Assembly: GCA_030698625.1 (NCBI GenBank)
Contig: JAUYMS010000044.1
Coordinates: forward strand, 30,898-94,897
Length of the DNA stretch: 64,000 nt
Origin: Candidatus Omnitrophota bacterium
GTDB taxonomy: Bacteria; Omnitrophota; Omnitrophia; Omnitrophales; Aquincolibacteriaceae
Reading direction: 5' to 3'
This document shows positions 48,419-58,249 of the stretch, one piece after another. The number at the start of each line of letters is the position of its first letter. The stretch's first letter is position 1. A program made the position numbers and the translations under genes. Under the pieces are notes generated by a model, which was given only the letters and a program-made list of their open reading frames with translations, was not told where the DNA came from and did no database searches.

Positions 48419-49408
48419 ATGGGAAAAAATAAGAAACGAATCAGAAAAAGTACGTGGATAGCGGCAGCGGTTGCCATAGTTGCGCTGGCAGTTTCGTTTG
48501 AGGCGAACGCGCAGGTGCAGGTAGACCCGAATCTCAAGGCGTATGAAGCCACCAGCGGTGTTTCGGGAAACCTCAATAGTATCGGTTCTGATACGCTCAA
48601 TAACCTTATGACGTATTGGGCCGAAGCCTACAAAGCCGTCTATCCGAACGTTAATATTCAGATCGAAGGGAAGGGGTCTTCAACGGCGCCTCCGGCGCTT
48701 ATCGAAGGGACTTCGCAACTTGGCCCCATGAGCCGCGCCATGAAGTCCGCGGAATTGGATGCCTTCGAGACAAAATATGGCTATAAGCCCGTCCCGATTC
48801 GCGTTGCCATAGACGCTCTGGCCGTATTCGTGCATAAGGATAACCCAGTTCAAGGTCTGACCCTGCAGCAGGTGGACAGCATTTTCTCGAACACCTACAA
48901 ACGGGGCGGCGCGCCCATTATGAACTGGGGAGAACTCGGTCTAACCGGCCGGTGGGCGACAACGCCTGTTTCGCTTTACGGCCGTAACAGCGCGTCGGGA
49001 ACCTATGCTTTCTTCAAGGAAGAGGCGCTGAAGAAAGGCGATTACATTGTCAGCGTGAAGGAGCAGCCGGGCTCGAGCTCCGTGGTCCAGGGGATCGCCA
49101 GCGATCTTGGCGCTGTCGGTTATTCCGGAATCGGTTACAAGACATCGGGAGTAAGAGCGCTTTCGCTTGCAGCCGATGACGGCGTGATGTACGAACCGAA
49201 TATGGAAAATTGTTTGTCCGGCAAGTACCCGCTCGCACGTTTTCTCTACGTCTACGTCAACAAGAAACCCAATGAGCCGCTGGATAATCTGACGCTTGAA
49301 TTTTTGAAGCTCGTGCTTTCCAGAAAAGGCCAGGAAATCGTCATTAAGGATGGTTATTTTCCGCTGCCTGCTTTCGCCATTGAGCAGGAACTCAAGCAGC
49401 TGGCGTAA
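48419..49408 (+). CDS. pstS: Phosphate ABC transporter substrate-binding protein
   Basis: Signal peptide, PBP superfamily, and the conserved motifs [14 protein letters not shown] and SRAMK. RBS GGAG and ATG at 48419. Confidence 0.9.
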   Translation: MGKNKKRIRKSTWIAAAVAIVALAVSFEANAQVQVDPNLKAYEATSGVSGNLNSIGSDTLNNLMTYWAEAYKAVYPNVNIQIEGKGSSTAPPALIEGTSQLGPMSRAMKSAELDAFETKYGYKPVPIRVAIDALAVFVHKDNPVQGLTLQQVDSIFSNTYKRGGAPIMNWGELGLTGRWATTPVSLYGRNSASGTYAFFKEEALKKGDYIVSVKEQPGSSSVVQGIASDLGAVGYSGIGYKTSGVRALSLAADDGVMYEPNMENCLSGKYPLARFLYVYVNKKPNEPLDNLTLEFLKLVLSRKGQEIVIKDGYFPLPAFAIEQELKQLA

Positions 49409-51670
49409 ATGACGGCTCAATCCCGTTTTCAAACGGCAGCGTCGACGCTCTTTCTGGATCGTTTTATGACTCGCTTTATCGCGGTGGGGGGTATTTCGGT
49501 CATTGCTGCTGTTCTGGGGATCTTCCTCTTTATTGCTTGGCAGACCTTACCGCTGTTTCAAGGCGCTAAGATCCGCCGAGCAAGCAGCGTCGCGCTTCCC
49601 GAAGGGGACTATGCGGTACTCGGTGCTGACGAATGGGGCGAGTTGCCCTTCGTCGTGGATCATGCGGGTGCGATATCCTTCATCGACCTCGTAGGGAACA
49701 GGGAAGTCATCTCGGTCTATCCCGGCAGGGAACTTAATAAAGACATTACGGCTTTTTATTACAACCGCATCAAGCAGGAAATAATTTACGGCACCTCTGA
49801 CGGGCATTTCTTTATCACCGGTATTCATTTCCGGCCTTTTTATGAGGCGAATTCCCGCCGTATCGACGTCAAAACAGAAACCGGACCCCTTATGCGGATC
49901 GGTCTGGAAGGCGTTCCTGTGGAGCGAATCACTTACGGGGCCGGGAACAATAAGATGCTGGTTGCTGCTTTGCAGACGCGGGCCGGCAAGGCCGTTATCC
50001 ACACTACGACGCTGGTCAAGGAAGCGAGTCTTTTCGGGGCCGGGCAGTTTATTACAGCGACGCGTTTTGAGATTACGCAGACCTTTTCAAGCGAGCCGAG
50101 CGGGATTCTTGTCAATTCACAGGGTGACGGTATCGTCATTTCTACGGCCGAGGGGAAGATCTATTACTTCGCGGAATCGGGAGGCAAGTTAAAGCTGCAC
50201 CAAGTCTTCGAGCCGTTTGACGATACCGCCGACCGCGAAATTTCGTCGATGGATTATCTGCTGGGTGAAGTATCCGTGGTGCTTACGAACCCGCAGGGGA
50301 TCAACCGGATTTTCAGCTTGTATGTGCCGGCGGGAAACATCGAGCGAGTGTTCGGTCCGACCAAGGAGTTCCGGGCTTTAGACGGCCCGGCCGCATTTTA
50401 TAGCGCTAGTCTCAGAAATAAGGCCTTTCTTATCGGCCGTGACAATCTGGCGTCGCTCCGGTACGGGACTACCGAGGTCGTTCGATGGGAAGAACGGCTG
50501 CCTTTCAGAATTCGTCATGCCGTTGTGGGGGGCAAGTACGACCGTCTTTTCTTTCTCGATTGGGAAAACCAACTTCATATTTATATGCTCAGTGATCCGC
50601 ACCCCGAAACTAGCTACCGGGCTTTTTTCGGTAAGCTTTGGTATGAAGGATATACAGAGCCGGCCTATGAATGGCAGTCTACCGGAGGTACCGACGATTT
50701 CGAACAGAAGCTTTCGCTTGTTCCGTTAATTATCGGAACCCTGAAAGGAACTTTCTTTGCGATGCTGTTCGCATTACCCATGGCGATCCTGGGCGCTCTG
50801 TACACATCTCAGTTTGCGCATCCCCGTTTCAAACTACTGGTCAAACCCATGATGGAGATCATGGCCTCATTGCCTTCCGTCGTGCTGGGATTTCTGGCGG
50901 CGCTATGGCTGGCGCCTCTCATTGAGGCGCGGGTTCCGTCGATTCTTCTCATGGTTATTCTAATCCTCGGGTCTTCTTTTCTGTTCGGGGCCTTTTGGAC
51001 GTCGCTTGATATGCGGCACCGAAAGTGGATTCGGCCCGGCTACGAATGGATCGCGCTGATACCGGTATTATTTGTGGCGTCCTGGGTCGGCTGGCAGCTC
51101 GGACCCCTGTTGGAGAAGGTGCTATTCGTCACAACAGACCCTAATACGGGATTAAGAATCGCCGACTTCAGATTGTGGTGGCCCGAGGTAACGGGGGCTT
51201 CGTTCGAGCAGCGGAATTCATTGGTTGTGGGTTTTATGATGGCTTTCGCAGTTATCCCGATCATCTTTACCATCTCGGAGGATTCGCTTTCAAATGTGCC
51301 TAGGGCTTTGACCTCCGGTTCCCTTGCCTTAGGCGCCAGCCGCTGGCAGACGGCCATCGGTGTGGTGCTGCCGACGGCCTTTCCGGGAATTTTTTCGGCA
51401 GTCATGGTGGGCTTGGGCCGCGCGGTCGGCGAGACGATGATCGTGGTTATGGCGACGGGGAATACCCCGGTAATGGATATGAATATCTTTTCCGGTATGC
51501 GTACCCTGTCGGCAAACGTTGCCGTTGAGCTTCCCGAAGCGCCTTATCTGGGCACCCTCTACCGCAGTTTGTTTCTGGGCGCGACGGTGTTATTTGTGAT
51601 GACATTCACGGTCAATACGATTGCCGAAATCATTCGCCAAAGGCTTCGCGAAAAATACAAGACGGTATAA
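49409..51670 (+). CDS. pstC: Phosphate ABC transporter permease PstC, long form with a ~400-aa N-terminal extracytoplasmic extension
   Basis: C-terminal 6-TM ABC permease with the EAA-like loop; a large insertion follows the first TM helix. Confidence 0.85.
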   Translation: MTAQSRFQTAASTLFLDRFMTRFIAVGGISVIAAVLGIFLFIAWQTLPLFQGAKIRRASSVALPEGDYAVLGADEWGELPFVVDHAGAISFIDLVGNREVISVYPGRELNKDITAFYYNRIKQEIIYGTSDGHFFITGIHFRPFYEANSRRIDVKTETGPLMRIGLEGVPVERITYGAGNNKMLVAALQTRAGKAVIHTTTLVKEASLFGAGQFITATRFEITQTFSSEPSGILVNSQGDGIVISTAEGKIYYFAESGGKLKLHQVFEPFDDTADREISSMDYLLGEVSVVLTNPQGINRIFSLYVPAGNIERVFGPTKEFRALDGPAAFYSASLRNKAFLIGRDNLASLRYGTTEVVRWEERLPFRIRHAVVGGKYDRLFFLDWENQLHIYMLSDPHPETSYRAFFGKLWYEGYTEPAYEWQSTGGTDDFEQKLSLVPLIIGTLKGTFFAMLFALPMAILGALYTSQFAHPRFKLLVKPMMEIMASLPSVVLGFLAALWLAPLIEARVPSILLMVILILGSSFLFGAFWTSLDMRHRKWIRPGYEWIALIPVLFVASWVGWQLGPLLEKVLFVTTDPNTGLRIADFRLWWPEVTGASFEQRNSLVVGFMMAFAVIPIIFTISEDSLSNVPRALTSGSLALGASRWQTAIGVVLPTAFPGIFSAVMVGLGRAVGETMIVVMATGNTPVMDMNIFSGMRTLSANVAVELPEAPYLGTLYRSLFLGATVLFVMTFTVNTIAEIIRQRLREKYKTV

Positions 51671-51682
51671 GGTCAGATTCCA

Positions 51683-53380
51683 ATGGAACAGGCAGTCCCT
51701 AAAATGAAATATTTTGGAACAGGCAACAAGCCTACCGGAGAGCCCTTCGTGTGGTGTGCTGCGATGGGTCTTACATTAGGGCTGACTCTGATCGTCTCTC
51801 TGATGGGGCTGATCCTGGTCAAAGGTGTGGCCGTCTTTTGGCCGGACCGCGCGGTGGTACTGGAGCTTAAGCCCGGGAGTACGGCCCGTCTCGGAGGGAG
51901 TGAATACCTGGCCGGTGTAGTCACAAAGGAACAAAAAATCTTACGACGAGCCAAAGACATATCCGGGGGGGAAGACGCGGGCAGGGAGCGGATGGAATGG
52001 CAGCTATTTCTCGGCAACAAGGATATTTACGGTATTAGTTTCAAGTATGTGGATTACGCCGACATCAGCCGGACGGCCTATCCCGAAGACCTCATACGTA
52101 TCGAAAGAATGGAATATGGGGACGCGTTTGGGTTCCCGGTCTATCTGGAAATTGCCGGTGAAGATCCCATCGAGTTCAGTTCGGCAGCGTTCCTGCCGCG
52201 GCTGCATGCGCTCGTCAGGGATGTTAGTCACCGATGGGATGAGATCCGGAAAATCGAACGTGACGAAATCGGTGCTATTAATCTTAAAATAGAAAGATTA
52301 CGCCTGCGTAAGAAAAAGTTAGACCGCGATGTGGCGCAAAACGCCGATGCGCTTGAAGAAGCCGCTCTCAAGTTGACCGATCTTCAGAACCGCTACAACG
52401 TTCTGGCGGCCGAGGCAACGGATCTGAGGCAGCAGCAATCAAGAGACGCGCTCGTCTATCAGTTGGCGACAGATCAGAAAAAAAGGCTGCCGGTCGGAGA
52501 AGTTGTGCACTTTTATTTTCCCAATCGCTTGAATTTTATCGACCGGGTAGGGCTTTTTTTTCATCGCCTCTGGGTATTTTTGAGTGAAACGCCACGCGAG
52601 GCGAATACCGAAGGCGGCGCTTTTCCGGCTATCTTCGGCACGTTCGTCATGACAGTATTGATGAGTGTTGCCGTCATGCCGTTCGGTGTGCTTGCGGCTA
52701 TTTACCTGCGGGAATATGCCAAACAGGGGATCTTGGTGCGCTCGGTTCGCATTGCGGTCAACAACCTGGCGGGTGTGCCCTCCATCGTATTCGGGGTTTT
52801 CGGACTGGGCTTCTTCGTCTATTTCGTCGGCGGCAGCATTGACCGCTTGTTTTACAGCGATGCACTTCCGACACCGACTTTCGGCACCGGCGGAATCTTC
52901 TGGGCGTCGCTTACTTTGGCCCTCCTGACAGTGCCGGTAGTTATCGTGGCAACTGAGGAGGCGTTAGCGTCCGTTCCGCGGGGCGTGCGTGAGGGATCTC
53001 TGGCGTGTGGTGCCTCGAAATGGCAGACGATCCTCAACGTTGTTCTGCCTGCATCGGCGCCGGGAATTCTCACCGGGCTGATCCTGGCGATGGCGCGCGG
53101 TGCGAGCGAGGTCGCCCCCCTGATGCTGGTGGGCGTCGTCAAGCTCGCGCCGACGCTTCCGGTAGACGGTCTTTTTCCCTTTTTTCACTTGGAACGAAAA
53201 TTCATGCACTTGGGATTTTATATCTATGACCTCGGATTTCAATCACCCGACTCCGAGGCCGCAAAACCCATGGTTTTTGCCGCCACACTCCTGCTCATAG
53301 CGCTGGTTGTGGTTTTGAATCTTGGGGCTGTTCTTGTCAGGCAGAGATTGAGAAAAAAAATCATGGCAGGGGCATTTTAA
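51683..53380 (+). CDS. pstA: Phosphate ABC transporter permease PstA, long form with a coiled-coil periplasmic insertion
   Basis: 565 aa with a C-terminal PstA-type permease core. Confidence 0.85.
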   Translation: MEQAVPKMKYFGTGNKPTGEPFVWCAAMGLTLGLTLIVSLMGLILVKGVAVFWPDRAVVLELKPGSTARLGGSEYLAGVVTKEQKILRRAKDISGGEDAGRERMEWQLFLGNKDIYGISFKYVDYADISRTAYPEDLIRIERMEYGDAFGFPVYLEIAGEDPIEFSSAAFLPRLHALVRDVSHRWDEIRKIERDEIGAINLKIERLRLRKKKLDRDVAQNADALEEAALKLTDLQNRYNVLAAEATDLRQQQSRDALVYQLATDQKKRLPVGEVVHFYFPNRLNFIDRVGLFFHRLWVFLSETPREANTEGGAFPAIFGTFVMTVLMSVAVMPFGVLAAIYLREYAKQGILVRSVRIAVNNLAGVPSIVFGVFGLGFFVYFVGGSIDRLFYSDALPTPTFGTGGIFWASLTLALLTVPVVIVATEEALASVPRGVREGSLACGASKWQTILNVVLPASAPGILTGLILAMARGASEVAPLMLVGVVKLAPTLPVDGLFPFFHLERKFMHLGFYIYDLGFQSPDSEAAKPMVFAATLLLIALVVVLNLGAVLVRQRLRKKIMAGAF

Positions 53381-53387
53381 ACGGGCG

Positions 53388-54272
53388 ATGGGAGACGACA
53401 TGGAACAAACACTGCACGAGAAAGCAAAAACAGCGAAGCTGCCGAACGACAGCCGCCCCGGTATCCGTACGAATCCGGGTTCGGAAAAGCAGCAGGACGG
53501 TGATGAAGCCGAATTTCGGCCGCTTATCCGGATCGAGAAACACAGCTTCTACTACAGCGCCACGGCGCAAGCGCTGGTTGATGTGGATTTCCAGATTCCG
53601 GAAAAACAGGTGACATCAATTATCGGTCCTTCGGGGTGTGGAAAATCAACACTGCTTCGAAATATCAACCGGATGAATGATCTCATCGACGGCGTTTGGT
53701 GGACCGGTGATATCCGTATTAGCGGTCAGAGTATTTTCGACCCGCATATCGAGGTCACCGAACTCCGAAAACGGATTGGTATGGTATTTCAGAAGTCAAA
53801 CCCTTTCCCAAAATCCATATACGAGAATGTTGTCTATAGCCTCCGTGTCACCGGCGTCAAAAAGAAGTCAGCCTTAGATGAAGCGGCCGAAACGAGTTTG
53901 AGATCAGCGGCCATCTGGGAAGAGGTCAAGGATCGCTTGCACGAGAGCGCTCTGGGCCTTTCGGGAGGACAAATGCAGCGGCTTTGTATCGCACGCGCCA
54001 TCGCCAACCAACCGGAGATTTTACTTATGGACGAGCCGTGTTCAGCCCTGGATCCGATTGCTACGGCTAAGATCGAGGAGCTGATCCACGAGCTCAAGAA
54101 GCAATTCACCATCGTCATCGTGACACATAACATGCAGCAAGCGGCTCGCGTGAGTGATCGGACCGCGTTTTTTTACATGGGGCGGTTAGTCGAGTACGAT
54201 GAGACAAAGACTATCTTTATCAGCCCCTCCAAGAAGCAAACGGAAGAATATGTCACCGGACGCTTTGGTTGA
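53388..54272 (+). CDS. pstB: Phosphate ABC transporter ATP-binding protein
   Basis: Walker [10 protein letters not shown], signature LSGGQMQRL and Walker B LLMDEP. The start may instead be the ATG at 53400. Confidence 0.9.
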   Translation: MGDDMEQTLHEKAKTAKLPNDSRPGIRTNPGSEKQQDGDEAEFRPLIRIEKHSFYYSATAQALVDVDFQIPEKQVTSIIGPSGCGKSTLLRNINRMNDLIDGVWWTGDIRISGQSIFDPHIEVTELRKRIGMVFQKSNPFPKSIYENVVYSLRVTGVKKKSALDEAAETSLRSAAIWEEVKDRLHESALGLSGGQMQRLCIARAIANQPEILLMDEPCSALDPIATAKIEELIHELKKQFTIVIVTHNMQQAARVSDRTAFFYMGRLVEYDETKTIFISPSKKQTEEYVTGRFG

Positions 54273-54284
54273 GGAGGAAAATTT

Positions 54285-54974
54285 ATGCGCCGTCATTTTC
54301 ACGAAGAATTAAAGCATCTCAGACAAAAGCTGTTGCAGATGAGCTTTGCCGTTCAAGAAGCGATATCCGATTCCTGTGAGGCACTCTTTACAGATAATGA
54401 ACAATTGGCTTCGCGAGTCATCACAAAGGACGAAACGATCAACTGGTTTGAAATTGAAATCGATAAAACCGGCAGAAGTCTCTTCGCCATCGGGCAGCCG
54501 ATGGCCGGCGATTTGCGGGCGATCACCATGATTCTCAAAATTAACACTGATCTGGAGCGAATCGGAGACCACGCCGTGAATATTGCTGAGAAGACGCTTT
54601 ACATTAAAGGAGAGATTCCTCAAACGGTAAGCGACTCTTTACAGCAAATGGCAGCTTCCTCAGAAAAGATGTTACGAAACGCACTGGATTCTTTCCTGCG
54701 GGAAGATGTGAACTTAGCCCGCAACGTTCTAGTAAATGATGACGAAGTGGACCGTGATAACGCACAACTCTACGGTGAATTACGCGATGTTATGGCGAAG
54801 GATCCCTCTGCTGTCACGCGCGGCATCAACTTACTCATGGTGAGTCATAATCTTGAGCGCATTGCCGATCTTGCATGCAATATCGCCGAAGACGTAATCT
54901 ATATGATGCAGGGGCGGGAAGTGCGTCATCATGTCGAGGACCATAACGGAACCGTCCCCACAACGGCCGGTTAA
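54285..54974 (+). CDS. phoU: Phosphate signalling complex protein PhoU
   Basis: 229 aa with two PhoU repeats (ERIGDHAVNIAE and ERIADLACNIAE). Confidence 0.9.
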   Translation: MRRHFHEELKHLRQKLLQMSFAVQEAISDSCEALFTDNEQLASRVITKDETINWFEIEIDKTGRSLFAIGQPMAGDLRAITMILKINTDLERIGDHAVNIAEKTLYIKGEIPQTVSDSLQQMAASSEKMLRNALDSFLREDVNLARNVLVNDDEVDRDNAQLYGELRDVMAKDPSAVTRGINLLMVSHNLERIADLACNIAEDVIYMMQGREVRHHVEDHNGTVPTTAG

Positions 54975-55453
54975 CCCACGTTTTTTCATACCCCAAAGCC
55001 CGGAAAGCAGCCCCCCTAGGCGGCACGACCAGTGACGTGAGTCACAGACAAAAATCCCCTGTCCGGAGCTAAAGTATCACGTAATTAGGAGGGAGGCGGG
55101 AAATGGCAAAGTTAATGTGTGTGTGCGTCTTTCCCAACCGCGGTGACGCTCGAGGTTGGGCAGTCAGTGTTGGAGAGTGAAAAGATCGAGTCCATTATCC
55201 GGTTGCCGGCCTGGCTGGTGGAATCGATGCTCAAGCCGTCGCATGTTATGAGCAGCCGATCCGTGAAGCCCGGCGGGGACGCCGGCCTTTCGCGCATGGG
55301 AGATTACACGGCAGTCATGACGGTGCGCGAACTCGGTCGATATTGGGACCTACATCCACTCTCTTAGAGAAGGCAGAACTGAATACGCCACAAAGAGAAC
55401 AGAGCCGGATTAGACCGTTGACGGTCTTTGTAATCGGTTCTAGAATAAAAAGC

Positions 55454-56164
55454 ATGCTAATCCCTTCTATCATAAAGCCATTCGTACGGGTATTGATCCT
55501 CTTCCTTCTCTGCGTTAACCTGACCGCCCCAGGGTTGTCACTCGCGGCAGAATTCGAATCCGCACTTTTTGCCCGTACCTGCTTGGTTGTGCAAGAGACT
55601 CACGCTGCGGACGCGGTCCCAAAGACGACGCTATTTGACGGTCAGGCGCGGCCCGGTCCCGGAAAGACGCTCGCCCTTTATGTCGACGCGAGTATTGACG
55701 CGTATGTGGTGGCCGCTGCCTTGGACTCGAATCGAGAGCTCGCCCACGGCTGGCTGCCGCAGATGGTTGAACTCGAACCCTGGCAGGGGGCCCGGCTCCC
55801 GCAGGAAGGGGCGGCCTGGGTGTGGGACGAAACTCCGCGGCCTTTTGAGATCCAAGTTTTATTTCTCGGCAAAGAGGAACCGGGCATCGGGGAGTTAGAA
55901 AAACTGGTAGGGGCTTTGCGGCTGTCGGGCGACGATCTCGATTTGCGGCGGATGCAAACGAAACGACTTCGCCAAATGCTCGACGCCTGGATGCAGCAAG
56001 CACGACCCTCTAATTTTGATGCCGGTCAGACGCCCAGAGCATGGGGCGGGGTACTGCGCGGCCTAAAATTTCCTTGGAAGCAAAACTCCCAAAAAATTGA
56101 TCTCGATGACCACGGTCGTGGGTTTTTTATTTATCCCGTCGAAGCTGCGACGGCGACTCCTTAG
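55454..56164 (+). CDS. Secreted hypothetical protein
   Basis: Signal peptide MLIPSIIKPFVRVLILFLLCVNLTAPGLSLA. It ends 10 nt before the CHASE2 cyclase gene. Confidence 0.45.
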   Translation: MLIPSIIKPFVRVLILFLLCVNLTAPGLSLAAEFESALFARTCLVVQETHAADAVPKTTLFDGQARPGPGKTLALYVDASIDAYVVAAALDSNRELAHGWLPQMVELEPWQGARLPQEGAAWVWDETPRPFEIQVLFLGKEEPGIGELEKLVGALRLSGDDLDLRRMQTKRLRQMLDAWMQQARPSNFDAGQTPRAWGGVLRGLKFPWKQNSQKIDLDDHGRGFFIYPVEAATATP

Positions 56165-56173
56165 GCCTGCTCC

Positions 56174-58249
56174 ATGTCCCAAAGTGTGTTAGAAGAGAAG
56201 GCGTGGGTTAAATTGCCCTGGCCGCTCGCCTGCCTGCTTACCGGAGCCGCGATGCTATGGGTCGCGGTCTTAGGCAATCCCCTCCAATTATCCGAAAACC
56301 AATGGTTTGATCAATGCCTGCGTTGGCGGCATCAGGCCGGATTGGCCCCATCTGTGGATGCGCGTCTTCTTCACTTGGATATTACGGGCAAGGATCTTGC
56401 CGGGCTTGCCAGCTTGGAGGACGAATACGAAGCCGCCGCGCGTTTGATTCGTGAGGCCTCAGCGCTTGGCGCAGAGCTTGTCGTCTTTGACGTGATTTAC
56501 GGCCGGGGTACTCCGGCCATGGGGGAACGTATCCTGCGCTCGATTCGCGAGAGTGCAGTGACTGTGGTGCTGGCCGAAGGCTACGGTGCAGACGCCAAGA
56601 AAGTTTCTTCTTTTCCGTATCTGGAGTCGCTGTACGCGCCGGCAGGACTTATCAATGTCTCGGCCGATGCCGACGGTGTTTACCGGCACTACCGTTATGT
56701 GCAGCGCGAAGGCGGCGACGCCGAGCCTTCGCTCGCGCTGGCGGCATACATGGCGCTTGAGGGGTTGCGCTGGCGCGAGGACGTTCGCTTGCCGCGCCCG
56801 GGCGTCCTGGAGTGGCAGGTGCTGTCGCCGGATGGTACCCAACGCGTCGCCAGACAATTAAAAGTCGCGGGCCCACAGCCGCTATTAGATTTTAGAAGCG
56901 GTTGGACGGCGACCGGCCCTGCCGCCATCCCTCATTTGCGTCTTGAAGATCTCTTCGCGCTTAGCGTCAACCGCGCGACACCCGATTCGCGGCCGCTGGC
57001 GGGAAAAGTCCTTTTCGTCTCTTATGCCGCATCCGGCGTTGTTGATTTTGGCGCCACGGCTTTCGGAGAAAATACCCCGCTCGTGAGTCTTCACGCCGTT
57101 GCGCTGAACGATCTCTTGCAGGAATCGCTTCACTCCCTTCTGCCTCGGTGGGCGGCCATGCTCACACTCCTCCTGACTCTGGCCATGCCCCTTGCGGCGC
57201 AGGGGATTGTCTCCGACAAGCTTCTGACCCTATTCTGGTTTCTCGGCGGCGTCACTGCGGCGGGGCTCAGTATGGGGTTTTTGCTGCGGACGCAGTGGGT
57301 GCTTCCCTTTGTTCTTTGGACCGTTTTGTGGACCGTGCTTTTTCTGGCCGAAATGTCGCGCCGTTACGGCCTAGTCCTGATCCGCCGCCTTCGGCTGCAG
57401 ATCACGATGGGCTATTACTTCTCTCCGCGCGTGATGGAAAAAGTCTTGGCCAATCCCGGGGCCATGGACCCGCAACACGTGCGTTTGACCGTTCTACTGA
57501 CCGACCTAAGGAATTTTACACCGCTCAGCGAAAAACTAGGCACTCGCGGCATCTTCGCTCTGCTTAACCAGGTTTTTGAAGTGCAGACGCAGGCGGTCAT
57601 GGCCGAAGACGCAAGCTTGGAACATTTTTTGGGGGACCAATTCCTCTGTTATTGGGGAGCGCCGGATCCGCAGCCTGATGCCGCCGAACGCGCCGTGCGA
57701 GGTGCCGTTGCTCTCATGCGGGCCATGGAAGAAATCAAAGGCACGCTGTCCGAGGAGATCCGTCAGCTGTTCGGTTACGGCGTCGCGCTGCATACCGGTC
57801 AGGCGATGATCGGCAATATCGGATCGGCTTTGCGCCTCGACTACGGCGTGGTCGGGGATCTCATCAACTCAACGGCCCGCGTGGAATCGCTGACCAAAGT
57901 CTACAAATTACCGTTCATCATGACTCGCGAAACATACGCAGCCCTTCACGAGCGTCCGCCTTACCGCGCGATCGATACGGTCCGTGTGGTCGGCAAGTCA
58001 ACGCCGCTGGAACTCATCGAGGTTCGCCACCCGTTCGGCGCCGCGTCCTTTGATGCCCTTGCGGCGGATTATGCGATCATCTACGAACGCTATCACTGCG
58101 GTGACTTTGAATCAGCGGCTCGCGGTTTTCTGGGCCTGGCCGAACGATTCGGCGACGGCGCCAGCCGGCTGCTTGCCGCCCGTTGCCGGGAATTTTTAAC
58201 CGAACCCCCCCGTGACTGGGATGGGATTTACCGATTTCAAGCCAAATGA
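56174..58249 (+). CDS. CHASE2-domain membrane sensor fused to a class III adenylate/guanylate cyclase domain
   Basis: N-terminal TM, an extracytoplasmic region of about 300 aa, three TM helices, and a C-terminal cyclase homology domain (LTVLLTDLRNFT...GDQFLCYWGAP...TGQAMIGNIGS...GDLINSTARVE). Confidence 0.8.
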   Translation: MSQSVLEEKAWVKLPWPLACLLTGAAMLWVAVLGNPLQLSENQWFDQCLRWRHQAGLAPSVDARLLHLDITGKDLAGLASLEDEYEAAARLIREASALGAELVVFDVIYGRGTPAMGERILRSIRESAVTVVLAEGYGADAKKVSSFPYLESLYAPAGLINVSADADGVYRHYRYVQREGGDAEPSLALAAYMALEGLRWREDVRLPRPGVLEWQVLSPDGTQRVARQLKVAGPQPLLDFRSGWTATGPAAIPHLRLEDLFALSVNRATPDSRPLAGKVLFVSYAASGVVDFGATAFGENTPLVSLHAVALNDLLQESLHSLLPRWAAMLTLLLTLAMPLAAQGIVSDKLLTLFWFLGGVTAAGLSMGFLLRTQWVLPFVLWTVLWTVLFLAEMSRRYGLVLIRRLRLQITMGYYFSPRVMEKVLANPGAMDPQHVRLTVLLTDLRNFTPLSEKLGTRGIFALLNQVFEVQTQAVMAEDASLEHFLGDQFLCYWGAPDPQPDAAERAVRGAVALMRAMEEIKGTLSEEIRQLFGYGVALHTGQAMIGNIGSALRLDYGVVGDLINSTARVESLTKVYKLPFIMTRETYAALHERPPYRAIDTVRVVGKSTPLELIEVRHPFGAASFDALAADYAIIYERYHCGDFESAARGFLGLAERFGDGASRLLAARCREFLTEPPRDWDGIYRFQAK

